A stretch of 64,000 nucleotides of DNA from Chrysomallon squamiferum. Its lineage: Eukaryota > Animalia > Mollusca. The position numbers and the translations under genes are program-made. Position 1 is the stretch's first letter, and every line of letters begins with the position of its first letter. Below the pieces are notes generated by a model. That model was not told the origin of the DNA. It worked only from the letters and a program-made list of their open reading frames with translations, and did not search any database. The stretch covers positions 32,240,001-32,304,000 of the forward strand of contig CM022665.1 of the NCBI GenBank assembly GCA_012295275.1, read 5' to 3'. This document shows positions 26,931-38,634 of this stretch, piece by piece.

Positions 26931-29900
26931 CATCCTTATATAAATAATTAAACTTAATATGTTTTCTCCTAATATTGTTATATCGGTTGCGAAAAATCGA
27001 ATTAAAATGTCTGTTTCTTTTTCCTATATTAATCTATTAAAAGGAATATAAAGTAGCCGTGCTTAACTTACAGAATCATCTTTTACATCTGAGTTATTTT
27101 AACTCGTTTCAGGCTGCTTAATTCTATCAACAAAATAGCTAACAGTGTGTCTCTTGCTGACAATGATCTCATGGTAGTGGAGGCAAATCTTGCAATGGTT
27201 GCTGTTAAGGTGGACCCAGACAACTTTTCAGGTCTCGCCTTCTCCACATCCGGTGACAGCGACGAAAATTCACCTTTGTCTGAAAAGACGGTAAGAACAA
27301 ACTTTATTATTATCATTATTATTATATGATAGATTCAGAGCCTATAGATCCCTGTCGCATTGTATTATTCCCGTTACTGTTTAAATTAGTACTGTGAAAA
27401 TTAAAATGCAATGAAACTTCTTCAAACTGGACCCTGACTAAGTAGGAATTCCTCCCAAAACGAACAATTACCGCGGTAACGTGATTTATAAAATCAATGT
27501 ATCTAAATGTAAATACTCAGACAGTTTTTTCAAAACAAGATTTTTAGTACTAGCAGAAACAGAAATATAAGAAGTTGTAGTAGTGGTAATATAGTGATGT
27601 TGCTTTCTTATAATGCCTTATTAATTATTATTTACAGGTCAAAATAATAAAAGTAAACGACGTCGTAAACACGGACAGAAGCAAGTCAACTACTATAGCT
27701 CTGCCAGAAAGTATATTTCAGTCACTAGGACAGGGATCAAAAACAGTGGACAGAATCACTTTCAGTCTGTACCAGAGCGACAAACTGTTTTCTGTGAGTC
27801 ACTCATTTATTATAAAAAGTAAACAAAAATATGCAGTCATCTGGTCAAAACAAAACAAACAACAACAAAAATAAACAACAGCAACAAAAAAAACAAAAAA
27901 CAAAAAACTTAAAAATAAAATTAAAATGTCAGAAATATTCCATGTTATGTAAATGTCATTAATCTATTGTCGAAATTCTAAAAGTATCAACAATCAACAT
28001 TTATTTATTTATTTATTTTTATTGTCATAACCATTATTATTATCATTATTATTATTAATATTATTATTATTAATATTATCACTATTATTATTGACATTAT
28101 TATGACTATATCTATGATTATTATTATTATAGCTATTATTTAAAACATTAAATGTATTTTAATTTTAAACGTGAAAAGGAGTAAATCATCATATACCTAT
28201 GACTTATAATTCCAACAAATTTAAAGTGAAATTTTAATTAAAATTCGATTAACAAACAATGGTGCCATTTTGTTAAAGGTTTACAAAGAGGCGAGATCGG
28301 GACCAACAATAAATCCAACAGGAGGGTTTGCCATTGATCATATTAAAAACTCTTCTAAAAATAACAATGTCGGTAACTCTGTTCATATTACAACGACGAC
28401 CACGAAAACAACGGTGGCACCAACAAGCCCTACATCAGTGTTTACGACAAAAGTCAACAGTAGGGTCATTGCAGCCAGTATACCCAATGTAGTCATCAAA
28501 AATCTCGGTGAACCTGTTCTTATTTCATTTTCTCATGCGACGGAGGTATGTTTGAATTTCGTTTTCTCGCATTATTAAAGTATTTAAAAAGGGTTAGTAA
28601 AGATAAGGCTTCTGTAACAGTTTTCAAATGGTTGACTAAAATGTTACTCTCAGGTATACCTATTTTGCTACGCATAGATTTAAAAAACTGAGAAAAGTAA
28701 TTAAGGCAAAATGGGATTTGTCATCAAAATGCTTTTAGGCAAAGAGACAAAGACTGTTAATTTACTACATTTATTTTCAGATATCTTTCTTCAGCAGAGA
28801 ACCCATATCCTCGAAATAAAAAATAAAAATAAAAATAAAAAATAAAAATAAAATATATGAAGTAAATAAATAAATAAATAAAATCGAAAACAAGAAGTGC
28901 TGAGTTTGTGCTGTATGGAAATAAAATACGGCTGATGTTTGAGCGTCCCTGTAATTTTTTCATTTTCATACATTGATTTGTTTTCTTGATAAATCAGAAC
29001 GGTACAAAGCCACGTTGTGTTTTCTGGGATGAAAACAGCGTCACTGGTCAAGACAGGTGGTCGACAAAGGGCTGTGCTGTCAAACAAACTGTAGAGGATT
29101 CTTATACAACCTGTGCTTGCGATCATCTCACAAATTTTGCGCTGTTAATGGTAAGCAGAATCAATAACAAAGATAAATTTATATATAGCTATAGTTTACA
29201 TAATTTCATTCCAGGGATGGATGGATGGAAAAGCCACCTAGCTACATTTACAGTCATTCGAAATTTAAAATTTTCTTCTTTAGAATGAGCAGTTTAAGTA
29301 AAAAAAATGAAAAACTGAAGACAGGTAATACATCTTTACATGTAAAATAAAAATATTTAGTGCTACTTGTGTAAATGCGTTCAGACTTCAGTATATCTGC
29401 ACATAATATTTCCTTATTATATCTGAATATTTTATTTCATTATTTTTTTTTTAACGTTACGTCATTTTTAGAAACCATTTGACAAATCTGTACTGTATTT
29501 CAGGATATATATCCGCACGGGTTCTCGCTGTCTGCAGAGGACAAGACAGCGCTATCTATTATTTCTTACATCGGATGTGGTGTATCTGTACTGGCTCTTA
29601 TTTTCACAATAGCAACCTATCTAATGTTCAGGTGGGTAATAAACTAAAACTTAGTATTTCTATATCAAATACTAAGATACTATGCATATGTCAGGAAATA
29701 TAAGTATTAATAATACGTTTGTAGAATTATTTAATGTGATGTTCATAGAATTATTTAAGGTTACGTTTATAGAATTATTTAGTGTCACGTTTATATAATT
29801 ATTTAATGGTTACATTTATAGAATTATTTATTAGTTACGTTCATATAATCTTATTAACAAACCTCATAATAAGCAACATTTAAGAATAAATAAATTACTT

Positions 29901-32900
29901 GTCTAACATGAAATAGCTATCGACAGAAAATTTTACGAATATGTTCTTCACAATATAACAAAATGTATAGATAATTTAAAATTATAATATTGTTTTAGGA
30001 AACTGCGCCGAGATAACCCATCCAAAATTCTGGTGAATCTGTGCCTTACTCTTGCTGCTGCTAATTTCACGTTTCTCTTTGGAATGCAAGATTATGCTTT
30101 TGCAGATACTATTGCGTGCAAGGTGAGGGAAAAACTTTTATATTTATTTGTATTTATAACTGTTTGGATTTTACTGATCAGCAATTGTGTATTTGATCAG
30201 TAACTGAGGCGATGGATCAAAAGTTTCTACCGAAATTGAAACAACAACTATCAAGACTGCAAATATTAGTTACCTAAAGTTAACTTGTGTCTTATTTATA
30301 TTTGTTTATTTACATCTTATTTCAGTACAAATATCAATTTAAGAAATACTACTACTACTACTACTAACTTCTATTACTACTTCTACTACTACTACTACTA
30401 TTACTACTACTACTACTACTACTAAGAATATTGATAACAAAAACAATAACGACAATAATAACAATAATGATGATGATAATAATAATAATAATTTAATATT
30501 AGCATTATGATATTTCTGTTGTGTGTTTTCAGGTTGTAGCCACGCTGATGCATTTCACTTTGCTGTCGGCGTTGACGTGGATGGCGGTGGAAGCATTCTA
30601 CATGTATCTTGCTCTTGTAGTGGTCTTCAAAACATACTTTGAACACTTTATCCTCAAGTGCAGTCTGATTGGCTGGGGTATGTGTTTAATTTTATAGATA
30701 ATATTGATTTTAAATAATAAAAATTTGTTACAACATTCGTTTAAACACAAGAAAAAATATTTTAATATTGCTATTGTTATTACTAGTAGTATTATTATTG
30801 TTAGTATTATTTATTATTATCGTCGTTATCAGAATAAAGATAATTATAATCTTCATTATATTTATCACTATCATCATAAAAATCATCGTCATCATCATAA
30901 TCTTCATTATTATCATTATTGTTGTTATTTTTATTATTATGGCAAGACAAACATCAAGAAGTTATTTACTCGTGGTTTATGTTACAGGTATACCTTTGGT
31001 CATTGTTGCCATAACTTTGGGTGTTGGTTCTACAGAAAACTATGGATTACTTGGCACTGGAATGTAAGACATTAAAAATATATGTCTATATGTGTACATG
31101 TAAATAATTAGAAAATCGAATTATCTCATGATCCTTGAGTATTTGCTTTGAAAGCAAACGATATAATCTAAATAACTTATTAAATCAAATGGGCTGCATT
31201 AAAAATCAAAATAATCAAAATTGAAAGGGAAGCGATTAATAAAAAAAATGGAACACTTTTCGTTAATTTGGGTACATTGATTAGTTACCGAATATATTAA
31301 GTGATTAACAGGAAGTGTGTTTAATTATTCATTTTTGATACTGTTTACACAGAACGTTCGCTAGTGATAATGCAAACTCTTTTCGATGATGATTAATTTC
31401 AGATGCTGGTTAAACAACCCAGCTTTTTACATAGCATTTCTGGCTCCAGTGGCACTGATCATGGTGATGAATCTTGTAGCATTTTGTCTGGTTTTGCGAC
31501 AGATTCTGGGAATATCTGCCAAAAACCTCAACAAGTCTGACAAAGCCAGCACCATCACGCAGCTCCGTGGAGCCGTCGGCGTTGTCATCCTCCTTGGCCT
31601 CACTTACATTTTCGCCATCTTTGCCATAGGCAAGGCCAGCATCGTCTTCTACTATCTCTTCGCAATATTCAACTCTCTTCAGGGATTGTTCATTTTTGTT
31701 TTTTATTGTGTGTTTAAAAAAGATGCTCTCAATGCCTGGAGAAAAGTTTTACCTTGTTGTGTTGTGCTGGACGAGAAATCTAGTGCTACGACAAGTAGAG
31801 GTAAGTTGTTATTTATTTATTTTTATATTTCCTTCGATATTATAAAATAAAGGAATGTTTAAAAGTATTCACGTACTGTAACTAGTTTTTAACACGTGTA
31901 GTCGTGTCCTGAACCGTTAATCTTAACTGCATGTAATGTACCGTAATTTTTGTTAAAGTTATTATTATATTTAAATTGTTCGAAAACAGGGCAACATTTA
32001 GTCCTAACCGCAGGAAAATTATTTGTTTTCGTATGGGTTTTTAATTTGAAAATCTTATTCAGTTTAAATTTCCTTTGCTAGCTCATATAAATAAATAATT
32101 TCGCATACCTTAGTAAATATAAAATCAGTGTACTCCTTTTGTTACAGATAATTATTAGTGAATTTAATAAATTATAAAGGAAATTAATATAATTATAATT
32201 ACAATATAACTATTAAACAAGGTTCAGTGAACAAGTTCGTAAACAACAGCAATACCAGCACAATTTTCAACATCTGAACGGCAACAGTTTATAACATTTG
32301 ATTTAAAAAATATCACGAATTATAATCATTCTGAACTTACCGTTTTACCGAAAGTCGTGTTACAAAGTATTAATTATAAGGAGCGGATCCGGGTGTTTCA
32401 GAGAAATCCAGAGAATCGTGACTGAGTGATTTATGTCATTCATATAAACAAGTCTCGATAACTAACATGTATATCCGTGTATGTGTAAAGTTTTTCCTTT
32501 TCTTTCTTTCTTATTTGTTGTTGTTGTAAAGTAAAAAAATATATATAGTAAGCGGTGGTAGGCCTGTTCAGAACCTCTCACTCATATATGGACCGGCGCC
32601 TGATTATTTTAGAAAATCATACATATTATTTTAAATATATTGTGATGATTTTAGGAGGTGGTCGAAGCTTCAACGGTGTCATACTCTACGGTAAATTAAA
32701 AACAAAATAATTATAGCTGATTTATTACTAATTACATTTATAGCTGGTAGTTAATTTCAGCAACTGGGATAATTCTGTTAACTGCTAAAGAACACTGACA
32801 GATTTCAAAACATTTATATACAGGATTTATAACACACGATATATCAAAATATAAAACAACTCAGACTAAATGCTTTATTATTTACCTTAATTGTTGTATA

Positions 32901-34623
32901 CTGTATGTAACAAACACAAACATATTTAAGAAAAGAAAATATGCTTTTTCTCGACTTTTTCTAAAGAGTTTATATATATATATATTTTTTATCTATTTAT
33001 TTATTTATCATTATTACATTTTTTTTTTTTTTAAAACCCAATCAGATTGTCTTCGTAAATTCCTCCCTCTGTGTTTGTTATATACAGGCTTCAATGACTC
33101 ATTTTAATTCTAACAGTTGTTCGATACAATCCATATTAAATTTTATTATAGTTTATGATTATACAAGAAATTATAAAATTTTGCATAACATTCTATAATG
33201 CTGCTACATAGTTTTCACCTTCGACAAAGTAAAAAAATATATTTTATATAAGCTACTAATCAAACTAGTGTAGACTGTTTTCACCTAAACATAAAATGAG
33301 CCTGCTTAAACACAAGTGTATACTAGCTGACTGCTAAAATATGCGCACTTTATACCTACAAATAACAACAACTGAAGTTAGTACAGGTTCAACTAAATTC
33401 GTTTTCTACCATTAAAGCATGACTTCTTTGAACTGAACACGTAAAAGTGCCAGTAAGGGGGTGGTTATCTGAACTTAATGGATATGTACAGGTTTCATGT
33501 TATATTTTTCTTCTTGTTTATTATACTTTCATTCTTCTTCTTTTTTCTTTAATATTATTATTTATTTATTTTTTTGATATGACAGAGAATTAGAAAAGTA
33601 AAATAAAATTTAAAAAAAAGAAAAAAAGAAAAAAGGGAAGAAATTATTAAATTTTAGAAAATTCGTTCAGTTATATTTACTTTGTTAACTCATGAAAGCT
33701 AGAATACACATTAAAACCCATACAACAGAGATCTCTAAAAGTATATTTAGGCTATTATATAAAATGCAGTGAAACACATGTGTAATAGATAAAATATAAA
33801 TCAAATCATCTATGGACGTTTTCTCTTACAGGAATCTAGTCACTCGAAAACTATTTAAAAGCTTACACCTCTTTACTGCTAGATATTATAAATTCTAGCC
33901 TTGTAAACCTGCACATACCTACAAATAATAGATAAAAAGAGTACTTGTTTAATGCTTTATTTTTGTGAAGTGTTGTTTTTCTTACACGATTTTCAGCTAC
34001 AAGAAGTAATGTAATACAGAATTACAATGGTCGCGAATATCTTTCCCTGCTTCCTGTTCCTGTGGAAGGTAATTAGTATTGTAAAGAAAAATAATAAATA
34101 AATAAATAAATATATAAAATCAATAAAAAATAATAATAATAATAATAAGAACACTTAGTTGTACGCGTGTTCCATTGTTTGACGAAGTATGCTAGAAAGG
34201 CTATAATAAATGTTACACCCATATAGAAAGGAAGGGGGAAAAAATGTTTTATTTAAACGATGTATTCATCACATTTTTAGTCTACATTTAAATTCCACTG
34301 TTGTATCATGTTTTAAGTAACACAGAGGTAAGGAGAGCTGAAACTCGCTGTCAACAAACGTTAGTTACTCTTTTTCAAATAGTATAAAAAAATAGAGAAA
34401 ACAGCTTGCAATAGACATAAAATTACAGATTACGGATTGAAAATGATCCAAGAGGGACACAGAACAGTACTGATCATCTTATGATGACCTAGGTCTACGT
34501 TCTGACCATTAAGTCAGAGCCCTCTTCTCAATACAGGGGACAACATTTAAGAAAGAAAGAAAATGATTTTCTTTCTTTCTTTTTTATCTCTCTCTTTTTT
34601 TTAAATTCATAATTTAATAAGTT

Positions 34624-34677
<54 letters not shown>

Positions 34678-37096
34678 TGAAATAAATAAATACTCCCTCC
34701 CCCCAAAAAAAACTTCACTAATAATTTCATTGAAAGGAAATAAAAGAGCTCAAAAATGACATGAAATAATAATAATAAATAAATAAATAAATAAATAGCA
34801 ACAACAATAACAATAAAAACAAGTTAATAAATCAAATAAAATTAGAAATTCAATACGCTCAATTTTAAAATGCTGTACATTTATCTTTGTTGTAACTCAC
34901 TGATGAAGACGGAGTTTGGGTCCTAGGCAGGCATGCTTAAGCAATTACCTATTACCGAAAACATTAATATGTTTTTTGTTATTTTGCCTCTGAAAGTCGT
35001 TAGCTAATGTTACACAATAATAATAACTATTATGTAATGATTTATATATACAATATCCCGCCTATTGGTATTATGTTTATTTGTATTAAATGCTACATAA
35101 TATATCGACTGTTTAATTCGGTTACTATTTATTTTTTATTATCACTAGATGTGTATATCAGATTCAGTTTTAAAATAATAATAATATGTGCTTTGTAACA
35201 GTTCTGTTTAAAAATTGTATACTTATTTGTTGCCACGAGCTGGCATACTTCAGTGTATGGCAGATTCTGCTGACTGTATTTATGGAATAAAACTGTTTAT
35301 GTCCCTAGAAATGTCCAATATAAATTTTATATTAATAATCAATATTAAAAAAAAATAAGAATTTTGTTTTGTTATGGCAGCTCGGAACAGACGTACAAAT
35401 GTTTCAAACGGTAAATTAATTTCAAAGTACAACTCTTCACTTTTAACCTGTTTGTTACATAAATGTTGTGAATTGTTTTGTTAATTTCTTTTCTTTATTT
35501 TTTCCTCAGTACGTTTTTACGTTTTAAAATTCATTACCTACACAAATAATGCTTAAATGTCCAATTTTGTTCGTATACGTACTAATTTCAAACAATGGTG
35601 TAGGTTTAACACGTGTCCTAACAGTTTTCAACATTTTAAAAACATTTACTTGAGTTGGGTTTCATATATAATATATTAATTTTATATTAATTTTCTGTTG
35701 TTGTTTTTTTAACCCATACTAATTATTCAGAAATGTTTTTGTTTGTTTCAACTGTTTTATTATGTTTTTGTACAAAGACAAGTTGTACTCTTGATAGAAT
35801 ATTTTAAAAATACATATTATGTATTAATTATTTACACTCTTAAATCATAATTTGTTTTGCTTAAGTTTTACTTTAATCATTATCTTTAATAAATTAATAT
35901 AATTAAATTTGTATTATTAAATATCTTTATTTCAAATTAAGATGCATATATTAAAACCTCGTAACAGCAAATGTATCTGGAAAGTAATAGCAATGTAGGT
36001 TATTTTATTAATAGTAAAAAAATTAAAAATTAAAAATTAAAAATTAAAATATTACAAACAAAATCACATACTTTTTCTTTTTCTTTCATTTCTTTTAAAA
36101 TATAATTTCATTGTTACATAATTCTTTTATCTTTTGTTTAGACTGAAAAATTCATTTGTTATACAATGTTGGTTAAGAAAGAAATTTTAATTTTTTTTTT
36201 TTTTTTTTTAATTGATGCATATGTTGTCATATTAAAATAGTGGTGACTATATTTATTATACATTCGTGATCTTTTTGTTAATTTTCAGGGTACACACCAA
36301 ATTCAAACAATACAGGCAAGAATTCTTTCACAGATTCGGCAACAGCAGCTCAAATAAAACAGAAAGGTATATCTTTTACATTTTTATAAATAAATAAATA
36401 TTGATTTGAGCTGATGTCAGGTATAGATAATCTTGAAATTTAGATTTACACTTTGACATCAGAGGTTTTACTGAATATTTTGCTGTAAGAAGATGATGCA
36501 AAATTGTCCAAGTTTACTTTAATATTTACCTTCTGGTCACATCTTTGCCAACTACGATGAATTACCGGTGTAATCCTTTTTCGTTATTATCTCCAGGGAG
36601 GTAAGTTGCAATGATTCTCTGGAAAAAAAAAAAAAAAAGAAAAAAAAAGAAGAAAAATTAATTCACTCCTTTCAGTAATCATAGTCAAAAACTAATCGTA
36701 ATCAAAACCAAAATTATCCATGTTTATTTTACTTGAAGCAATCCTTAAGGTTCTAGCGCCCGGAATGAATAATGAAGTTATGTCGTACAAAAAACATAGC
36801 GAACACTTCAAAGCAACGTTTTAGAATTTTTAATCCCTGTCGTAGCAGTTCATATTCCTAATTGCATTCACGACACTTTTTAACTAACAAAACTAATGTG
36901 GCTTTTTCAGATAATGAGGAAATTAATTAAATTAGGCGCGGTATAATTAATTTTATTTACGCATTATTATATATATATATATATTTTTTTTTTTTCTTTC
37001 CTCTTTTAAGGGGGCAGATCAGGTGATTACAGTATAGACAGCGGTGTTGGCGGAAGCAGTGGTGTCTGGGATTCCCGAGATTCCACCGTAATCTAA
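18074..37096 (+). CDS. Adhesion GPCR gene A (ADGRG/GPR126-GPR64-like 7TM) with LRR, Ly6/uPAR-like, SEA-like, HormR and GAIN ectodomain; ~1239 aa
   Basis: 28 GT-AG exons with compatible phases totalling 3720 nt: 18074-18264, 20058-20129, 20685-20756, 21633-21704, 21951-22028, 22419-22585, 22941-23053, 23538-23724, 23892-24013, 24234-24292, 24677-24843, 25125-25269, 25618-25733, 25978-26209, 27113-27290, 27638-27793, 28279-28545, 28998-29150, 29504-29631, 29999-30122, 30533-30677, 30988-31063, 31403-31800, 32655-32690, 33997-34068, 35381-35410, 36289-36366, 37011-37096. Motifs: signal peptide MKKIQWIVFVLFLKILQLAST; GPS CVFW...WSTKGC...CACDHL|TNFALLM; 7TM RRDNPSKILVNLC, TWMAVEAFYMYLALV, FNSLQGLFIFVFYC. 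The last five exons are less certain. Confidence 0.92.
22941..23724 (+). other. Gene A Ly6/uPAR (three-finger)-like domain, two exons
   Basis: YCRYC...KC...VC...AC...SRGC...DC...TC...RCNYCCVGNNCN. The N-terminal CxxC, RGC and C-terminal CCxxxxCN are LU-fold signatures. 12 Cys. Confidence 0.8.
23892..24843 (+). other. Gene A SEA-like domain, three exons
   Basis: FYVSFEL...NYTPDLADPQSQEYINLTRRLIRAM...YSVTPLGFTPPDLVTYLKI matches the SEA pattern Y/F-x-x-x-L-x-D-P-x-S-x-E-Y/F-x-x-L. Confidence 0.72.
25304..25482. repeat. Polypurine tract: (GA)n - G-rich core - (GA)n
   Basis: About 180 nt of uninterrupted purines with central G runs, in intron 12 of gene A. Confidence 0.9.
26518..26872. mobile_element. 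hAT-type MITE (355 bp) in gene A intron 14
   Basis: Imperfect 16-bp TIRs: CAAGGCCTATGAGAGA vs reverse complement CATGGCCTCCAAGAGA (12/16). 8-bp target-site duplication ACTATCGC (26510-26517) / ACTATCAC (26873-26880). GGGGCCC subterminal motifs lie near both ends. Confidence 0.75.
29504..31800 (+). other. Gene A seven-transmembrane region (class B2 adhesion)
   Basis: TM1 ISYIGCGVSVLALIFTIATY, TM2 ILVNLC, TM3 CKVVATLMHFTLLSALTWMAVEA, TM4 IGWGIPLVIV, ECL2 CWL, TM5 FLAPVALIMVMN, TM6 LLGLTYIF, TM7 YLFAIFNSLQGLFIFVFYC. Confidence 0.95.
29714..29850. repeat. Minisatellite, ~24-bp unit, ~6 copies
   Basis: Unit approximately GTTACGTTTATAGAATTATTTAAT repeated in gene A intron 19. Confidence 0.8.
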
Positions 37097-38554
37097 GAAG
37101 CACCAGTCCATTTTTAAAATAACATTCTGTGACTTTAAAGAACGAAAATGTGCATAATTTGGTTAACATGTAAATATTTCCGCATTAAAAAAATAACAAC
37201 AGCATAAATACCAAAGACACAGCAGCAACAACAACAAACATACATATATGTGTATATATATATATATTGTGCGTTATAGAAGACGATCTCCATTCTACTG
37301 TTTAAAATACCTGGGATTCAAACTAACATTCATGTTAATTAATTATAAAAAGTGGCATATCGATCAGCAGAAAAAATGTATCTGTTTAGCCTTGTTTATA
37401 TAAATGTGAATAAATAAAGTACAAAATGACATTGTAAATACATCACCAGATATGAAATCATTTTGGTCATTCCGAGTACAAGATATGTTCAACATAATTG
37501 GACAAATAAAATTATTTGTCTGATGGAATTAACACAAAACAGGGTATAAGACAATAATTTGGATAGGTAATCTGTGTAAGACGACAAATAAAAAGAAATA
37601 TATACATAAAAAAGAATAGAATTTATAAAATATAGAATTGTTTTTTAATCCGTCTTAAAAGCAACAGAAATACAAGCATTTTTGCTCTATATAGATACAG
37701 CAACTGGCATTTGATTGAATGTTTATTAATAAACAAAATATTTAATCATTTCAATGCGGACTGAGTATAAATGTGGATCCTTATCCGAGAAATAAAAATT
37801 AATTTCATAGATTTGAAATCAATGTCTGTGGACGGTTATGTATAATTACGATCTGTTAATTCAATGTATGTGTGATACACATCTTTTAAGTAAAGATATG
37901 CTGGATTTGTACCAAATCCAATCACTGTATTCCTTTTTGTAGCCATTAGATGTTATTTTCTTTATAATGAAACTTTATTTCATCTTGAAAATTATATCCA
38001 TCGTGGTAACGAAAACACTCTTTTTTTTTTTCTTTCTTTTCTTTTTTACATTATTTTACCTGATGTTATTATTATTATTTTATATAATGAAACTCATTTT
38101 ATTTCCATAGTAATCACGATACCGTTTTGTGAAATCATGGATTCGCTTTGGGAATATTACATTCATGACAAAAATGTGTTAATTGGCAATTGTCTTAATT
38201 TTCTGAAAGATTTCATACCGGTGAGAAGATATATATAAAGGATAGATTGAAATGCATTTATAACGCATTCAAATTATCCAAACAGTTTAAACAAAAAATC
38301 AGTATAAATAAATATTTCATGAAACATCATTTTCATGAAATAACATTATTTAATCAGTGAAAACTGTAACTAAATAAAAAATAAAAATGTTTAGAAAATT
38401 TCTGTATAATATACTGACAGTCGACAGTGATTTGTATAAAGTTTTGACCTGATAATTGAATCAGTTTATTGAAAACGTGTGACAAACATAACATTTTTAA
38501 AAATGCTCTTTTGTATTCTGAGGCATAATTGATTTAATGATTAACAGATGCTTG

Positions 38555-38586
<32 letters not shown>

Positions 38587-38603
38587 CATTATTGTTATTG
38601 TTA

Positions 38604-38634
<31 letters not shown>

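Larger units (their letters stand above)
25125..29150 (+). other. Gene A HormR + GAIN/GPS domains
   Basis: FC...GNFTWP...C...ASRRC...AVWEDADYSKC (HormR). Helical GAIN-A is followed by IALPESIF, FSLYQSDKLF, VNSRVIAASI and EPVLISFSH. Predicted GPS cleavage falls between codons ending 29129 and starting 29130. Confidence 0.9.

Noticed and set aside
30704-31075. Very hydrophobic and His/Tyr-rich ORFs resembling membrane or metal-binding peptides
   Set aside because: They arise from ATT/ATC trinucleotide repeats in an intron. Only 30988-31063 is a real exon.
32378-32602. AGGAGCGGATCC...GGACCGGCGCCTG as TIRs of a MITE
   Set aside because: The termini are degenerate and I see no convincing TSD. 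It is possibly an old remnant but not supportable.
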